Source: an uncultured Gammaproteobacteria bacterium
Lineage (GTDB): Bacteria; Pseudomonadota; Gammaproteobacteria; JAUZRS01
NCBI GenBank assembly: GCA_964615985.1
Contig: CAZTQX010000002.1
Span: 7,805 to 52,349 of the forward strand
DNA length: 44,545 nucleotides
Reading direction: 5' to 3'
The position numbers and the translations under genes were made by a program. Shown piece by piece: positions 1 to 9,342 of this stretch (within the stretch, counting starts at the first letter, position 1; each line of letters starts with the position of its first letter). Below the pieces are notes generated by a model that made no database searches, was not told the origin of the DNA, and was given only the letters and a program-made list of their open reading frames with translations.

Positions 1-1373
<1,373 letters not shown>

Positions 1374-1406
1374 TTATTACACTTGTATGAACACAAGGAG
1401 AACATC

Positions 1407-1631
1407 ATGCTAAAAGTCAAAATCACCGCCATCGGCAATTCGGTTGGCATTGTGCTTCCCAAAGAAGCATTGGCGAAATTGAAAGCCAGCAAAGGAGATC
1501 AACTCTACTTGGTGGACAGCCCTGGGGGGTTAACCCTCACCCCCTACCAGAAAGATTTCGACACTCAGATGCAAGCAGCAGAAAAAGTAATGAAAAAATA
1601 TCGCAATGCACTGCACGAACTGGCCAAATGA
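1407..1631 (+). CDS. AbrB/MazE/SpoVT-type antitoxin (74 aa)
   Basis: MLKVKITAIGNSVGIVLPKEALAKLKASKGDQLYL is a typical swapped-hairpin AbrB/MazE N-terminus. AAGGAG lies 6 nt upstream of ATG 1407, so the track TTG start at 1371 is unlikely. The stop overlaps the next start in ATGA (1628-1631). Confidence 0.8.
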   Translation: MLKVKITAIGNSVGIVLPKEALAKLKASKGDQLYLVDSPGGLTLTPYQKDFDTQMQAAEKVMKKYRNALHELAK

Positions 1632-2029
1632 ACGAACCCACTTGGGTCGTGTTCGACGTTGTGATAGCCGTGCATCAAATGCTGTTGGAGGAACATGGTG
1701 GTCTGATAGGCATCCGTGATGCGGGACTGCTCGAATCAGCCCTACACCGGCCTCGCCAACAATTCAGTTACAGCAATAAACTATCGCTGTTTGATCTCGC
1801 CGCTGCTTACGGTTACGGGCTGGCCAAAAACCACCCTTTCGTTGATGGCAATAAGCGAGTCTCTTTAACCATTTCCGCCCTCTTTTTGGAACTCAATGGA
1901 GTGTCGTTCAATGCCCCCGAAGCGGAAGCCGTATTAATCATCGAGCAACTGGCCGCAGGTAAAATAAACGAAGAAACACTCTCTAGCTGGTTTAAAAATT
2001 CATCAGCAGCCCTTTCTACCACAACATAA
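1628..2029 (+). CDS. doc: Doc (death-on-curing) Fic-family toxin
   Basis: Fic/Doc signature HPFVDGNKRVS, size 133 aa, and translational coupling to the upstream small antitoxin. Confidence 0.88.
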   Translation: MNEPTWVVFDVVIAVHQMLLEEHGGLIGIRDAGLLESALHRPRQQFSYSNKLSLFDLAAAYGYGLAKNHPFVDGNKRVSLTISALFLELNGVSFNAPEAEAVLIIEQLAAGKINEETLSSWFKNSSAALSTTT

Positions 2030-2039
2030 ATTATCACCC

Positions 2040-3392
2040 ATGCCCAAAACCAACCCCCTAAACAATCCAACCCCCCTCAGCATCACTCAGCTCAACCGCC
2101 AGAGCCGCGATTTATTGGAAGGCCATTTAGGTCACGTTTGGGTCGAGGGCGAGATCTCTAACTTTCTCCGCGCTGCCTCTGGTCACTGTTATTTCAGTCT
2201 CAAAGACAGCAAAGCTCAAATCCGCTGTGCGCTTTTCAAAGGCCGCAGTCGTTATCTCAGTTGCCGCCCCAAAAACGGGATGCAAGTGCTGGCGCGGGGC
2301 AAAATCAGCCTCTACGAACCTCGGGGGGATTATCAATTTATTGTCGAACAACTGGAAGAAGTGGGCAGCGGTCTGCTGCAACGTAAATTTGAGGCGCTGA
2401 AAACCGCCCTGCAAGCAGAAGGATTGTTTGCTGCCGAAAAGAAACAGGCCATTCCTCGTTTTCCGACTCGCCTCGGTGTGATCACCTCCAGCAAAGGGGC
2501 TGCGCTGCACGATGTGCTGCACGTTCTAAAACGGCGTTATCCCAGCCTGCCGGTGATCGTCTACCCCTGCGCGGTGCAGGGCAAAACCGCTGCCACAGAG
2601 ATCGTCACCGCGCTGCAACTGGCTCAACAACGCGCCGAGTGCGACCTACTGTTGCTGGTACGCGGGGGCGGCAGCTTGGAAGATCTTTGGCCCTTTAACG
2701 AGGAAATCGTTGCCGAAGCGATTTTTGCCTGTTCACTGCCAATCATCAGCGGCATCGGCCATGAGATCGACTTCACCATCAGCGATTTTGTGGCCGACCT
2801 GCGCGCGCCCACGCCCTCCGCTGCCGCCGAGCTGGCCACACCGGATCAACAAGAACTCCAGCAGCAGCTTCAACACCAGAAACAACGCCTGACCCAACTC
2901 ATCAAACAAAAACAGAGCGACGCTAAAAACCAACTCGACAATCTGCAAAAACGGCTGCACTTACAACACCCCAAACAGCAAATTCAGCGTCAAACGCAGC
3001 AGTTGGATCAACTGGAAAGCCGCCTGATTCGCAGCCAAAAACAACGCCTCCAACAACATCAACGCCACCTATTCCAAATCAGCGAACGCCTCAGCAGCCA
3101 CTCGCCACAAAAAAAGCTCCAGCAGCAGCACCAAACCCTCAACCAACTGCAACAGCGACTGCACAAGGCACAGACAAAACAACTGCAACAGCAGCGGCTA
3201 AAGCTGGCGGCGCTGGGGCGCACTCTGAATGCGGTCAGTCCACTGGCCACTTTGGGTCGCGGTTACAGTGTGACTCGCTCACTCGATGGTAAAAACATTA
3301 TCCACAACAGCAAAACGCTCTCCATTGGAGAGCGCATTGAAACCCAATTTTCACAGGGAACGGTTGTGAGCAAAGTGGAACGTATTGGCTGA
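2040..3392 (+). CDS. xseA: Exodeoxyribonuclease VII large subunit
   Basis: N-terminal OB-fold region (VWVEGEISNF..ASGHCYFSLKD), catalytic core (LLLLVRGGGSLEDLWPFN, GIGHEIDFTISDFVAD) and a long Gln-rich coiled-coil tail, as in XseA. It lies divergent from guaB, as in E. coli. Confidence 0.93.
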   Translation: MPKTNPLNNPTPLSITQLNRQSRDLLEGHLGHVWVEGEISNFLRAASGHCYFSLKDSKAQIRCALFKGRSRYLSCRPKNGMQVLARGKISLYEPRGDYQFIVEQLEEVGSGLLQRKFEALKTALQAEGLFAAEKKQAIPRFPTRLGVITSSKGAALHDVLHVLKRRYPSLPVIVYPCAVQGKTAATEIVTALQLAQQRAECDLLLLVRGGGSLEDLWPFNEEIVAEAIFACSLPIISGIGHEIDFTISDFVADLRAPTPSAAAELATPDQQELQQQLQHQKQRLTQLIKQKQSDAKNQLDNLQKRLHLQHPKQQIQRQTQQLDQLESRLIRSQKQRLQQHQRHLFQISERLSSHSPQKKLQQQHQTLNQLQQRLHKAQTKQLQQQRLKLAALGRTLNAVSPLATLGRGYSVTRSLDGKNIIHNSKTLSIGERIETQFSQGTVVSKVERIG

Positions 3393-3414
3393 GTTTGAAG
3401 GCAAACAACCTGTA

Positions 3415-3441
3415 GGGGCTAACCTTGTGTTAGCCCTTTTT
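3415..3441 (+). terminator. Rho-independent terminator after xseA
   Basis: Stem GGGCTAAC / GTTAGCCC with a 5-nt loop (3416-3436), followed by TTTTT (3437-3441). Confidence 0.6.
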
Positions 3442-3456
3442 CACAACCAGCAACGG

Positions 3457-6400
3457 TTACTGTAAGGTGAATTCATCCAAAACCTCACCACTGCGATTGT
3501 AACTGCCCACCCGTACCGAATTACCACTGATCACCACATGCACAAACCCCCAACGATCCAACGGAAATTCCGGCTGATCGGTCTTCCCACTGACCTCATT
3601 ACGTCTGGGATCATCAAACAGCACCGGCTCACCGGTCTGTGGATTGGTGGCGGTGAAATCATGGCCAACACCCGATTCCTTAACCTGCTTATCCCACGCT
3701 GCTGTATTCGGAATCGTGGGACTGGTTTCCCGTTGATGATGGTCTTTACCACCGTGACCACTCAAAACGTAAGTCACACCGTTGGTTTGATCAATGGAGC
3801 CATCGGCATGACGCACAATGCGCCCCGTTGCAGCATCCACTTTTAACGGCACACTGCGTTGAGAAGCGTGTTCATGACCAAACATCACCATCTTCACCCC
3901 GTACTGCTGAAACAGAGGCGAGAGCTTTTTGCGCATATCCACATTTTCTCGTTTATCCGCTGCGTAACCGTGTTTACCCGATGAAAAAATGGAGTGATGG
4001 AAAAAGGCGATCTTCCACGGTTTCGTGCTCGCTTGCAGATCAGCCTCCAACCAAGCCAGCATCGCGGGCAAACGCAATACAGCGGGGTCTCTGGGGACAA
4101 ACTTCTCTGTATCCAACATCACAAAATGGGCGTTACCCACATCAAAACTGTAATAATGTTCCGCATCTTCAGGTGGAATACCTGGCTCTATTGGAAACTC
4201 AAACGACTCAGTAAAGCCCAGCGGAATATTGCTGGCCACATTGCCGTACTCGTGATTTCCCAGAGTACCAAAGAAGGGCCGCCGCGAAAGAATGGAAACT
4301 TCTGCTGGATCAAGTGAGGCCACATTGGCCTTACCACTCATCAGATCAAAGAAATTAAAATCAAAGGTCTCAGGAGTACCGTCCTCCAGTTTGTGCAACG
4401 TCCCATCAATAAAACCGTTGCTGCTGTAGGCCAGATCCCCCACCCCAACGATAAAATCATGGGGATAATAAAAATTACCCGTGGAATCTTTGCGTGACAT
4501 CTGATCACGCACCCCGCGCGGTTGACTGTAACGTGTGCCACTGTCGCCAATCACCAAAAAGCTGGTTCCATTGGCACTGGTATCCGGCAGGGTCTTAAAG
4601 GTCATATCTTTCACCAACAACACATCGTCATGATAAAGGCTGTAGACGTACTGGGTGTCCGCTTGCAGCCCAGAGAGACCAGCTTTTTGATACACGTAAC
4701 TGCGACTGTTAGCAATGGATTGCGCAATCACGGTGGTAAATTGCGTGTCGCTCAATTTACGATAGGTAATGGTCGCTTTACCTGCATTCTCAGTACCCCA
4801 AATCACCTTGATGAGATCTGAGGTATAACCTTGAATATAAGGGTAACGACGCAAAATTGATTTACCGGCTGCGGTGGGCATCTCGGTGGCCAAACCACTG
4901 ATATCTGCCACCACACTGCCACCGCCACCAGCAGCTCCGCCTCCAGTTCCCGTCGTGCCGCCACTGCTGACCGTCAATCCCACGCTACTTTCAAAAGCGC
5001 CAATGTCCCAGCCACTGCCTTGCGGACGCGGTGTATTGGCAAAATCTTTCGGTACATCAGTGGCCAAATTGGCTCCTGCATCAAGTGCGGGACTGTTATC
5101 AGTCAAACGGTAATCACCACCGCTGACATTATTAAACAGTGGGTCAAGCGCCAAACTGTTTTGATCCACGCCGCTACGAGCGACCCACTCGCTGAACGGT
5201 ACAGCCGTATCACCTAATTTATCTTTCCAGATCAGCGTTGGCGAGGAACCATCGACACTCCAATAAATATTGTTATCCATGTGCAATTCAGCTGGCGAAA
5301 CCAAGGAGCGATAATCAATTTTCATTACCGAACGCGCACCGGTACCAATAATAATATTATTAAAAACATTGATGTTGATACCAAAGGTTTGATCGCTGAC
5401 CTCTGATTGATTGGAAATGTGAATTGCAGCATGACGATTACTGGCGGCGTTGTAACAGGTGTTGTTGTAGATCTTTACATCCCGTGATGATGCCGTGGCC
5501 AGACAAGACTCTTGCGTATTAACAATGACGTTATTACGAATCACCCCATCGTAGGTCTCATAAGGGCCATCGGTCAGTAGAATGGCATCGGTCTGCTGCC
5601 CCAACATAATGCCCTCGGCGTAGACGTTCTCCACCAGATTATTCTCGATCAAGGCGTTACGCGCGTTACCTTTGCAATAAATGCCAATGGAAGGGATGTT
5701 GTAGACATGATTATTAACCACCCAAAGATTGTCCACGCTCACACAATCGATTCCTTGCGCGTTCGCAGGACGCACAGCCAAGGTCTGAGAATTGGGAGGG
5801 TTTTGAGCCGCCAAAGCCGACCAACCCAAATTATCGTGAATTTTATTATTGGCAATCACCACATTATCAGCTTTGTTATTGACCTTGATAATGTCATTGG
5901 GCGCACTGTGCAGATCGTTATTAATCAACACCACATTGGGGTTTTCAATCTGCACTGCGTAGCGACTGCCGCCAATAATTTCCAGCCCTTCAACCCGCCA
6001 GTACATTGGCGTGCTGGTACCCGCATCGGCATTGGTATCGCCAATATAAAAGTAAAGGGTCTCAGAACGGCCACCATCCAAAATGACTTTCTCATTTTTA
6101 TAGGGACGCAAAGTAATCCAAGCATTAGCCAAACCCGCGCTGCTCGGTCCGATCAGGCTACCGGCATAACTGCCCGCTCGCATCTCAATCACATCTCCAG
6201 GAGAGACGCTGTTCACCGCCTTTTTCAAGGTCAAAAAGGGTGTGGCTAAACTGCCATCAGCAGCATCATTGCCATTGGTGGCAACATAATAAGTACGTCC
6301 TGTTCCCACCCCTGGAGTAGTTGGATCAGCAGGTTTCACTGGAGGTGCGGTTGTCCCACCTCCTGCTGAGCCGCCGTTATTAGATCCACCTGTTGAGCCG

Positions 6401-7182
6401 CCACCAGCATTTCCTCCGCCCGTACCGCCACTACTGACTGCTGCGGTGGTAAAACTCCAGCTAATATTGTTGATTTTATTACCCGCTAAATCGGCAACAT
6501 CCACCACAGCCACGGTGTAACGAGTATCGGCTTGCAACGCTCGCGGTGGTTGATAAACGGCGGTATTTCCCGTGCAGACCACTTGGCCACCGTGCAGACC
6601 AAACACCGTAAAGGTGTTCTCAATCGTGCTGCAATCCATCGTCTCACTAAAACTCACGCTGATAATCTGGTTAACAGCAATACCACTGGCACCGATGCCT
6701 GGGGTTCGTGACGTCACCACCGGCACCAGATTATCCACGCCATTGGCACCAGCACTGGCACCAGTATCAACACTGGGGGTCACGGTCAGAGTGACAGAAA
6801 CAATCGCATTGCCCGCCTGATCGGTCAGACCAGAGAGAGTCACGTTGTAGTTCTGACCCACGACAAAATCTTGGCCGGTCAAAAAGAAAATACGGTTATC
6901 GACAATACGAAATTCACCGTTATTGGCAATGGCTTCACCGCCGCCATCCACCACCAAAAACGAGGCTAAACTGAGGCTTGCTGCGCTGATCGGTTCATCG
7001 AATTGCACCTCAATCTTCTGCAAATCGGCTTTGATCAACAGCACCTTGGGTGCCGTGGTATCAGAATTTCCAGCAGCAGGAGGATTAGAAGAGCCACAAC
7101 CAACCACAAACAACAGCGGCAGCCAAGCCAACCAACGGCATCCAATCGACAGCACGGAACCACCTTTCCAATTTGTGTTCAT
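3457..7182 (-). CDS. Large multidomain lipoprotein: 2x SbsA-type Ig-like domains, right-handed parallel beta-helix, purple-acid-phosphatase-like metallophosphoesterase (1241 aa)
   Basis: AAGGAG lies 7 nt before ATG (complement of 7180-7182). Lipobox LFVVGC. Two Gly/Ser linkers. Beta-helix rungs (VVIANNKIHDN, VVNNHVYN, LIENNLVEN, IRNNVIVN, KIYNNTCYN), ending in DYRLTDNSPALDAGA..WDIGAFE. Metallophosphoesterase motifs GDSG, GDLAY, GNHEY, GHEH. Confidence 0.8.
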   Translation of the reverse strand: MNTNWKGGSVLSIGCRWLAWLPLLFVVGCGSSNPPAAGNSDTTAPKVLLIKADLQKIEVQFDEPISAASLSLASFLVVDGGGEAIANNGEFRIVDNRIFFLTGQDFVVGQNYNVTLSGLTDQAGNAIVSVTLTVTPSVDTGASAGANGVDNLVPVVTSRTPGIGASGIAVNQIISVSFSETMDCSTIENTFTVFGLHGGQVVCTGNTAVYQPPRALQADTRYTVAVVDVADLAGNKINNISWSFTTAAVSSGGTGGGNAGGGSTGGSNNGGSAGGGTTAPPVKPADPTTPGVGTGRTYYVATNGNDAADGSLATPFLTLKKAVNSVSPGDVIEMRAGSYAGSLIGPSSAGLANAWITLRPYKNEKVILDGGRSETLYFYIGDTNADAGTSTPMYWRVEGLEIIGGSRYAVQIENPNVVLINNDLHSAPNDIIKVNNKADNVVIANNKIHDNLGWSALAAQNPPNSQTLAVRPANAQGIDCVSVDNLWVVNNHVYNIPSIGIYCKGNARNALIENNLVENVYAEGIMLGQQTDAILLTDGPYETYDGVIRNNVIVNTQESCLATASSRDVKIYNNTCYNAASNRHAAIHISNQSEVSDQTFGININVFNNIIIGTGARSVMKIDYRSLVSPAELHMDNNIYWSVDGSSPTLIWKDKLGDTAVPFSEWVARSGVDQNSLALDPLFNNVSGGDYRLTDNSPALDAGANLATDVPKDFANTPRPQGSGWDIGAFESSVGLTVSSGGTTGTGGGAAGGGGSVVADISGLATEMPTAAGKSILRRYPYIQGYTSDLIKVIWGTENAGKATITYRKLSDTQFTTVIAQSIANSRSYVYQKAGLSGLQADTQYVYSLYHDDVLLVKDMTFKTLPDTSANGTSFLVIGDSGTRYSQPRGVRDQMSRKDSTGNFYYPHDFIVGVGDLAYSSNGFIDGTLHKLEDGTPETFDFNFFDLMSGKANVASLDPAEVSILSRRPFFGTLGNHEYGNVASNIPLGFTESFEFPIEPGIPPEDAEHYYSFDVGNAHFVMLDTEKFVPRDPAVLRLPAMLAWLEADLQASTKPWKIAFFHHSIFSSGKHGYAADKRENVDMRKKLSPLFQQYGVKMVMFGHEHASQRSVPLKVDAATGRIVRHADGSIDQTNGVTYVLSGHGGKDHHQRETSPTIPNTAAWDKQVKESGVGHDFTATNPQTGEPVLFDDPRRNEVSGKTDQPEFPLDRWGFVHVVISGNSVRVGSYNRSGEVLDEFTLQ

Positions 7183-7368
7183 CACCTAACTCCTTAACAT
7201 GCCACGCTGATCTCAACCAAAACGTAAAATCCACGACACATAACTTAACAAAGACTTAAAGATACCAGAATACCCATCTACTTTGATCTTTTTATTACCC
7301 AGTTCACACTATCAACTTTAACAATCAGCTCAAAAGTCTAAAACTTGATCCTTCCCACAAAGATTAAA

Positions 7369-8394
7369 TCACTCAACATGAAAACTCCAAGTCACCACCC
7401 CATCCATCACATTACCCGCTAAATCTTGCACTGCGCTCAAACGCAGGCTATAAAAACCAGCCTCATCCCATGAATCATCTGGAGTAAAATAAACCTGATG
7501 AGCATCACAGCTCAGCTCCCCCAAAACCGCCAGGTCATCAAATTCCAACCGCCCCGTTCCACAGTCAATCGCCTCATCAAAGCTGACTACCACTATCGCA
7601 TCATGATTCACCTCCAAGCTGCCATCTTGAGGCAACAGGGACAGAACGACCGGTACCGTTACATCCAACTGAGTGGTTTCCAATAAACCCACCGTGGAAA
7701 AATCCCAACGGAAAAAAGGCAGCAGATTACCGGCCAAATCCATCGCCCCCAGCAAAATCGCCTCGTAACTGGACTCTGCTTGCAGAGGTTCTGCTGGTTG
7801 ATAAACAGCGGTGCGCTCTTGACAGGAACTCAATTCAGTCACAACACCAGAAAGAGTCAAAGCCGTTTGCAAGCTGGTGCAATCCATCGCTTCGCTGAAA
7901 TTCAGAATCAACGACTGACTCAAACCAACGGCACGCTCATCAGCAGTCGGTCGATGTGAAATCAAGCGGGGAACACTCTGATCAAACGCAACTGCGTTGT
8001 TAACCACCAGCACCTTCGGCTCCACACTGACCACTGTTTTTGGCAGCGGGTTAGCCGCTCTGTCGGTCAAACCGGAGAGAGTGACGTGGTATTTTTTGCC
8101 ACTCTGAAAGGCCTGTTCTGCACGAAACTCAATAAACTCGTCAAACAGATAAAATTGCCCCTCTCTGGTCATCTCACGCTGCTGATCATCGTGTATCGTA
8201 AAGGTGTGATAACTCAGACTAGAGGCCTCAATCACCTCATCAAACTGCACCAAAATGGCATCGCTGCTGGCCGTTGCACGCACCAGCGAGGGCTGCGTCT
8301 GATCTTGACTGAGATCGTACTCACTACACCCTGAAATAGCTAAAACAGCTGCCCAGCAGAGGGACCCCCAAAGACTCACACCTTTCATTTCCAT
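7369..8394 (-). CDS. Lipoprotein made of three SbsA-type Ig-like domains, paralogous to the N-terminus of the 1241-aa protein
   Basis: Signal peptide with lipobox LAISGC. YHVTLSGLTDRAANPL aligns with YNVTLSGLTDQAGNAI of the neighbour. SEAMDCTSLQ aligns with SETMDCSTIE. TAVYQPAEPLQAESSY aligns with TAVYQPPRALQADTRY. Confidence 0.7.
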   Translation of the reverse strand: MEMKGVSLWGSLCWAAVLAISGCSEYDLSQDQTQPSLVRATASSDAILVQFDEVIEASSLSYHTFTIHDDQQREMTREGQFYLFDEFIEFRAEQAFQSGKKYHVTLSGLTDRAANPLPKTVVSVEPKVLVVNNAVAFDQSVPRLISHRPTADERAVGLSQSLILNFSEAMDCTSLQTALTLSGVVTELSSCQERTAVYQPAEPLQAESSYEAILLGAMDLAGNLLPFFRWDFSTVGLLETTQLDVTVPVVLSLLPQDGSLEVNHDAIVVVSFDEAIDCGTGRLEFDDLAVLGELSCDAHQVYFTPDDSWDEAGFYSLRLSAVQDLAGNVMDGVVTWSFHVE

Positions 8395-8532
8395 TGACCT
8401 AAAATCCTATTAAAAAACCATAGGCGCATTATGGAAGCTTCCAGAATATCTGTCTCACTACACGAGCAAAAATCCTACCAAAGCCCGAAAAAAGCAGATA
8501 GAACGTCTGTCATACAAAATTTTCAGGCCACT

Positions 8533-8560
8533 TTGTCACAGCCGCAGTTGCGGGTATAAT
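8533..8560 (+). promoter_or_regulatory. Candidate sigma70 promoter for the 8597-9325 gene pair
   Basis: TTGTCA (8533-8538), 16-nt spacer, perfect TATAAT (8555-8560), 36 nt upstream of ATG 8597. Confidence 0.45.
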
Positions 8561-8596
8561 TCTTCAACAATGGTTACCAACCTTCACTAATCGAGA

Positions 8597-8842
8597 ATGA
8601 ACATGCCTTATTATGTTTACCAAGTAACACTCGGCCCCACCGACATACTCAAACGGCTTAAACTGGAAGCCACCTTTGAACTCTATCGTGAAGCCAAAAA
8701 CTATCTCAAGGAACAACGTAAAAAACTGGCCAGCGACAGCCGACACAGCTATCAAGTGGTGTTTGCCGCCAATGCTCTACAAGCAGAAGAACAACTGATG
8801 GAAAAACGCGAAGCGCCTATCTTGCAAGAGTGGGAAAAGTAA
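8597..8842 (+). CDS. Hypothetical small protein (81 aa)
   Basis: The ORF lies downstream of a good promoter and 6 nt upstream of the next ORF. No recognisable motif. The start could be ATG 8603. Confidence 0.5.
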   Translation: MNMPYYVYQVTLGPTDILKRLKLEATFELYREAKNYLKEQRKKLASDSRHSYQVVFAANALQAEEQLMEKREAPILQEWEK

Positions 8843-8848
8843 CCTTTT

Positions 8849-9325
8849 ATGGACGAGCCTGAGTTTAAAAAAGCCTATCACGCCCTCAGTTATCGCCCCT
8901 GCCCGTTTGAAAAAACTCAGCTAGCGCGTCACAGTCGCTGTCGTTATGCCCAACAGTTTCGGATTGCGGATCGCAGCGGTCTGAGTTGCCAATCGGCGAC
9001 CGCCCAGCCGCGTTGTCAGCAGTTGTTGAAACTGCTCCGCCACAACGCTCGCTTCAGCCTCAAACTGACCGAAATCGAAGGGCCACTGCCTCATTCAAAA
9101 GAGATTAAGGTACAAACTGGCGGTTTACGAGGATTACGAAAAGCAGTACAAGGGGAGAGCAGCGAAGGGATTGTCGAAGATATTTTTGCTCTTGTGGAAG
9201 AGGCCTTAGAGCAATTTCAAGAGTTGGACAACTTACCTTACGAGCAATTTTTAGCCGAAATCAATGCGCTGGAAACGAGCTGGCGGCGGCGTAAAAAACC
9301 CAAGCCGAAACCCGAATCCGATTAA
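8849..9325 (+). CDS. Hypothetical protein (158 aa) with four N-terminal Cys and a Lys/Pro-rich tail
   Basis: Co-directional and tightly spaced with 8597..8842. Cys in RPCPF, SRCRY, LSCQS and PRCQQ. The tail is WRRRKKPKPKPESD. No family recognised. Confidence 0.55.
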   Translation: MDEPEFKKAYHALSYRPCPFEKTQLARHSRCRYAQQFRIADRSGLSCQSATAQPRCQQLLKLLRHNARFSLKLTEIEGPLPHSKEIKVQTGGLRGLRKAVQGESSEGIVEDIFALVEEALEQFQELDNLPYEQFLAEINALETSWRRRKKPKPKPESD

Positions 9326-9342
9326 ACACTTCAGTCTTTTAC

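Noticed and set aside
2841-3225. CAG/CAA-rich stretch that looks repetitive at the nucleotide level
   Set aside because: It encodes the Gln/Leu-rich coiled-coil tail of XseA in frame. It has no unit-length tandem repeat structure.
4915-6438. Two GGN-rich low-complexity segments (about 4915-4971 and 6352-6438) considered as hypervariable tandem repeats
   Set aside because: They translate to Gly/Ser/Thr interdomain linkers of the large lipoprotein. No exact repeated unit was seen, so they are treated as linkers rather than contingency repeats.
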